From the NCBI GenBank assembly GCA_038087875.1, contig CM075999.1:1056001-1120000 (forward strand): a DNA stretch of 64,000 nt. Direction: 5' to 3'. Position numbers and translations under genes: made by a program. Positions 62,326 to 64,000 of the stretch are shown here, one piece after another; position 1 is the stretch's first letter, and every line of letters begins with the position of its first letter. The notes under the pieces are model-generated. The model saw only the letters and a list, made by a program, of their open reading frames with translations. It was not told the origin of the DNA and did no database searches. This DNA is from Malacoraja senta (lineage: Eukaryota).

Positions 62326-63109
62326 GCAGTGCAGTGCCTTTAGAAAGACTGAAATTCAAGATAGATAATTTGGCGTCAATTAATATGATTTTAATTTTTA
62401 TTAATACAAACATCTCTATCAATTAATGTAATCCGTCATTAAATTTATGCACCCCCTCTAACAATGCAATGTTGCTTTAAAATGAGTGCAATCTGGCCTT
62501 AATTTGACATAATCTTACCTTCAAACTAATATAATTAGGCCTGTAAATTAATATAATGATGACTAAATTGAAATCTAAGTAGAACCAAAGTAGGGGAGAG
62601 ATTGTCAAGTGAATCCAGTCTCAGACTTGGTTAGTGTGGTTGTGGAGCAGATCAGGATAATAGAAGACATAGCTGACAATTACATGGAATTGAGATGTTG
62701 TTTTCGAGAGTTATCTTTCCCATGCAAGAAAAAGAACTGATTTAATGCCACTTATTCAGTTGCTGTGTTCAGTGAATGTATCGGAGGGATATTTGATTCA
62801 GATTCCAGTCCAGTACTGTGAATTCTGCATTATCAGCAGTGCCATGCTGGTTTTTTTTATACTTGAAGGCAGTGAAGGCAGTTTCCCCTTGCACCTTGGT
62901 CTAAATTCTTCTCCAAAACATCACCACCAATAACAGAAAATCAAAACATTGTAAACGTTGACAATCGGAAACCAAGACAGAAAACACGCGGGTCGGGACC
63001 CTGCTTCAGACTGAATTAATATAATGATGATTAAATTGAAGCTTAAATGGAACCTAAAGGGCCTGTCCCACTTAGGAGATTTTTCAGTGGACTGCCGGCA
63101 ACTGTCAAG

Positions 63110-63680
63110 TGATTGGAAACCTTAACCTCAAGGTTATTGGCCTGAATTGGAGTGCAACACAGATTCACCAGAATTATATCGGGACTGCAAGGGTTAAAAT
63201 TCGAAGGGGATGGACTAAATCTAAGGCCGTATTCCCAAGATTTTGAATCGCTCATAAATGATTTGATCAAAGCTTACATTGCACTAAAATAAATTCACAG
63301 GATAATTAGAGAGATTATTCCCGCTGGTTTCAACGTAGGATGGTATGGGGTGTGGGCTATGTCAGTGGTTGGTAGGGATGGAGTCAATAGTTTCAAAGAG
63401 GGGTGCAATAGCAAAGAAAAATAACTCGATCTGTCAGGAATAAAGATAGGAAATGCTTCCACATTTGAAGAGTGGCATAAAGTAGAAACATTCTTCCACA
63501 AATGGGAGCCTATACTCTGTCACTGGCTAATTTTAAATCTGAGATTTATAGACATCTGTTTGATAAAATATGAAGGGATATCGGGCAACGGTTTGAAAAT
63601 AGAGTTAAGGCATAGACAAGGCACACTCACATTAAAAGGTGGAATAGACTTGAGGGTCTAAGGCCAGAAATATCTCCTCC
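63110..63680 (+). mobile_element. Highly diverged CR1-like relic
   Basis: Weak similarity (GCAACACAGATTCACCAGAATTATATCGGG; TTCTTCCACAAATGG). Confidence 0.45.
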
Positions 63681-64000
63681 CTAGGTTTCTAAGGATGTAC
63701 AATGGGGCAAGTGGATTGGGCTGCAGCCAGCAAATCTGGGCATATGACATCTCATAGGAGAATGGAGTTAAGTACATGCAGCACGTAAACAGCTTGCCGT
63801 AGGACGGAGACAACCTGAGTCACAGATGCTGCACATCTGTCACGCCATTCCGTTTCAACTGGTGCACCTTGATCATCCAGGAGCTTTGCGGAGTTACGCA
63901 GGGGGAATTCACCTCCGCTTTTCTTCAGGCTCGGCAGACCTAGTGTGGAATCAGAATCCACAATCTCCATTCCCACGCGTGGAAATAAATCCCTGATCTG

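Noticed and set aside
63752..64000. Possible host exon (minus-strand frame open to the window edge)
   Set aside because: No recognisable protein similarity and no convincing splice site; cannot be supported without flanking sequence.

Overview
Eukaryotic, repeat-dominated DNA, most likely from a cartilaginous fish (shark/skate/ray). This is inferred from many tRNA-headed V-domain SINEs resembling the elasmobranch HE1 family and CR1-clade LINEs that share their 3' tail. I could not identify any host protein-coding exon, so the window looks intergenic or deep-intronic. Nearly all long ORFs are retroelement remnants: several CR1 subfamilies, Rex1/Babar-like LINEs, L1 and Tx1-like LINEs, and Penelope-like elements (PLEs, Neptune-type), including one young copy with an uninterrupted RT-end/GIY-YIG frame. 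There are also two MITEs (hAT-like and PIF/Harbinger-like), a teleost-like CORE-SINE, old Deu-domain SINE relics, and a 200-N gap followed by a probably artefactual poly-G run. The most interesting signal is a minimal hammerhead-ribozyme motif (CTGA[A/T]GA-A-GGGTNNNNRCCC-GAAACGTY) at the PLE 3' end. It recurs about 25 times on both strands, about 9 of them with the conserved core nucleotides intact. Several independent ~90-135 bp TSD-flanked insertions begin almost exactly at this core, and fold-back and tandem derivatives turn around or repeat at it. All family names come from recognition by eye, not database searches, and element boundaries are approximate unless a TSD is quoted.
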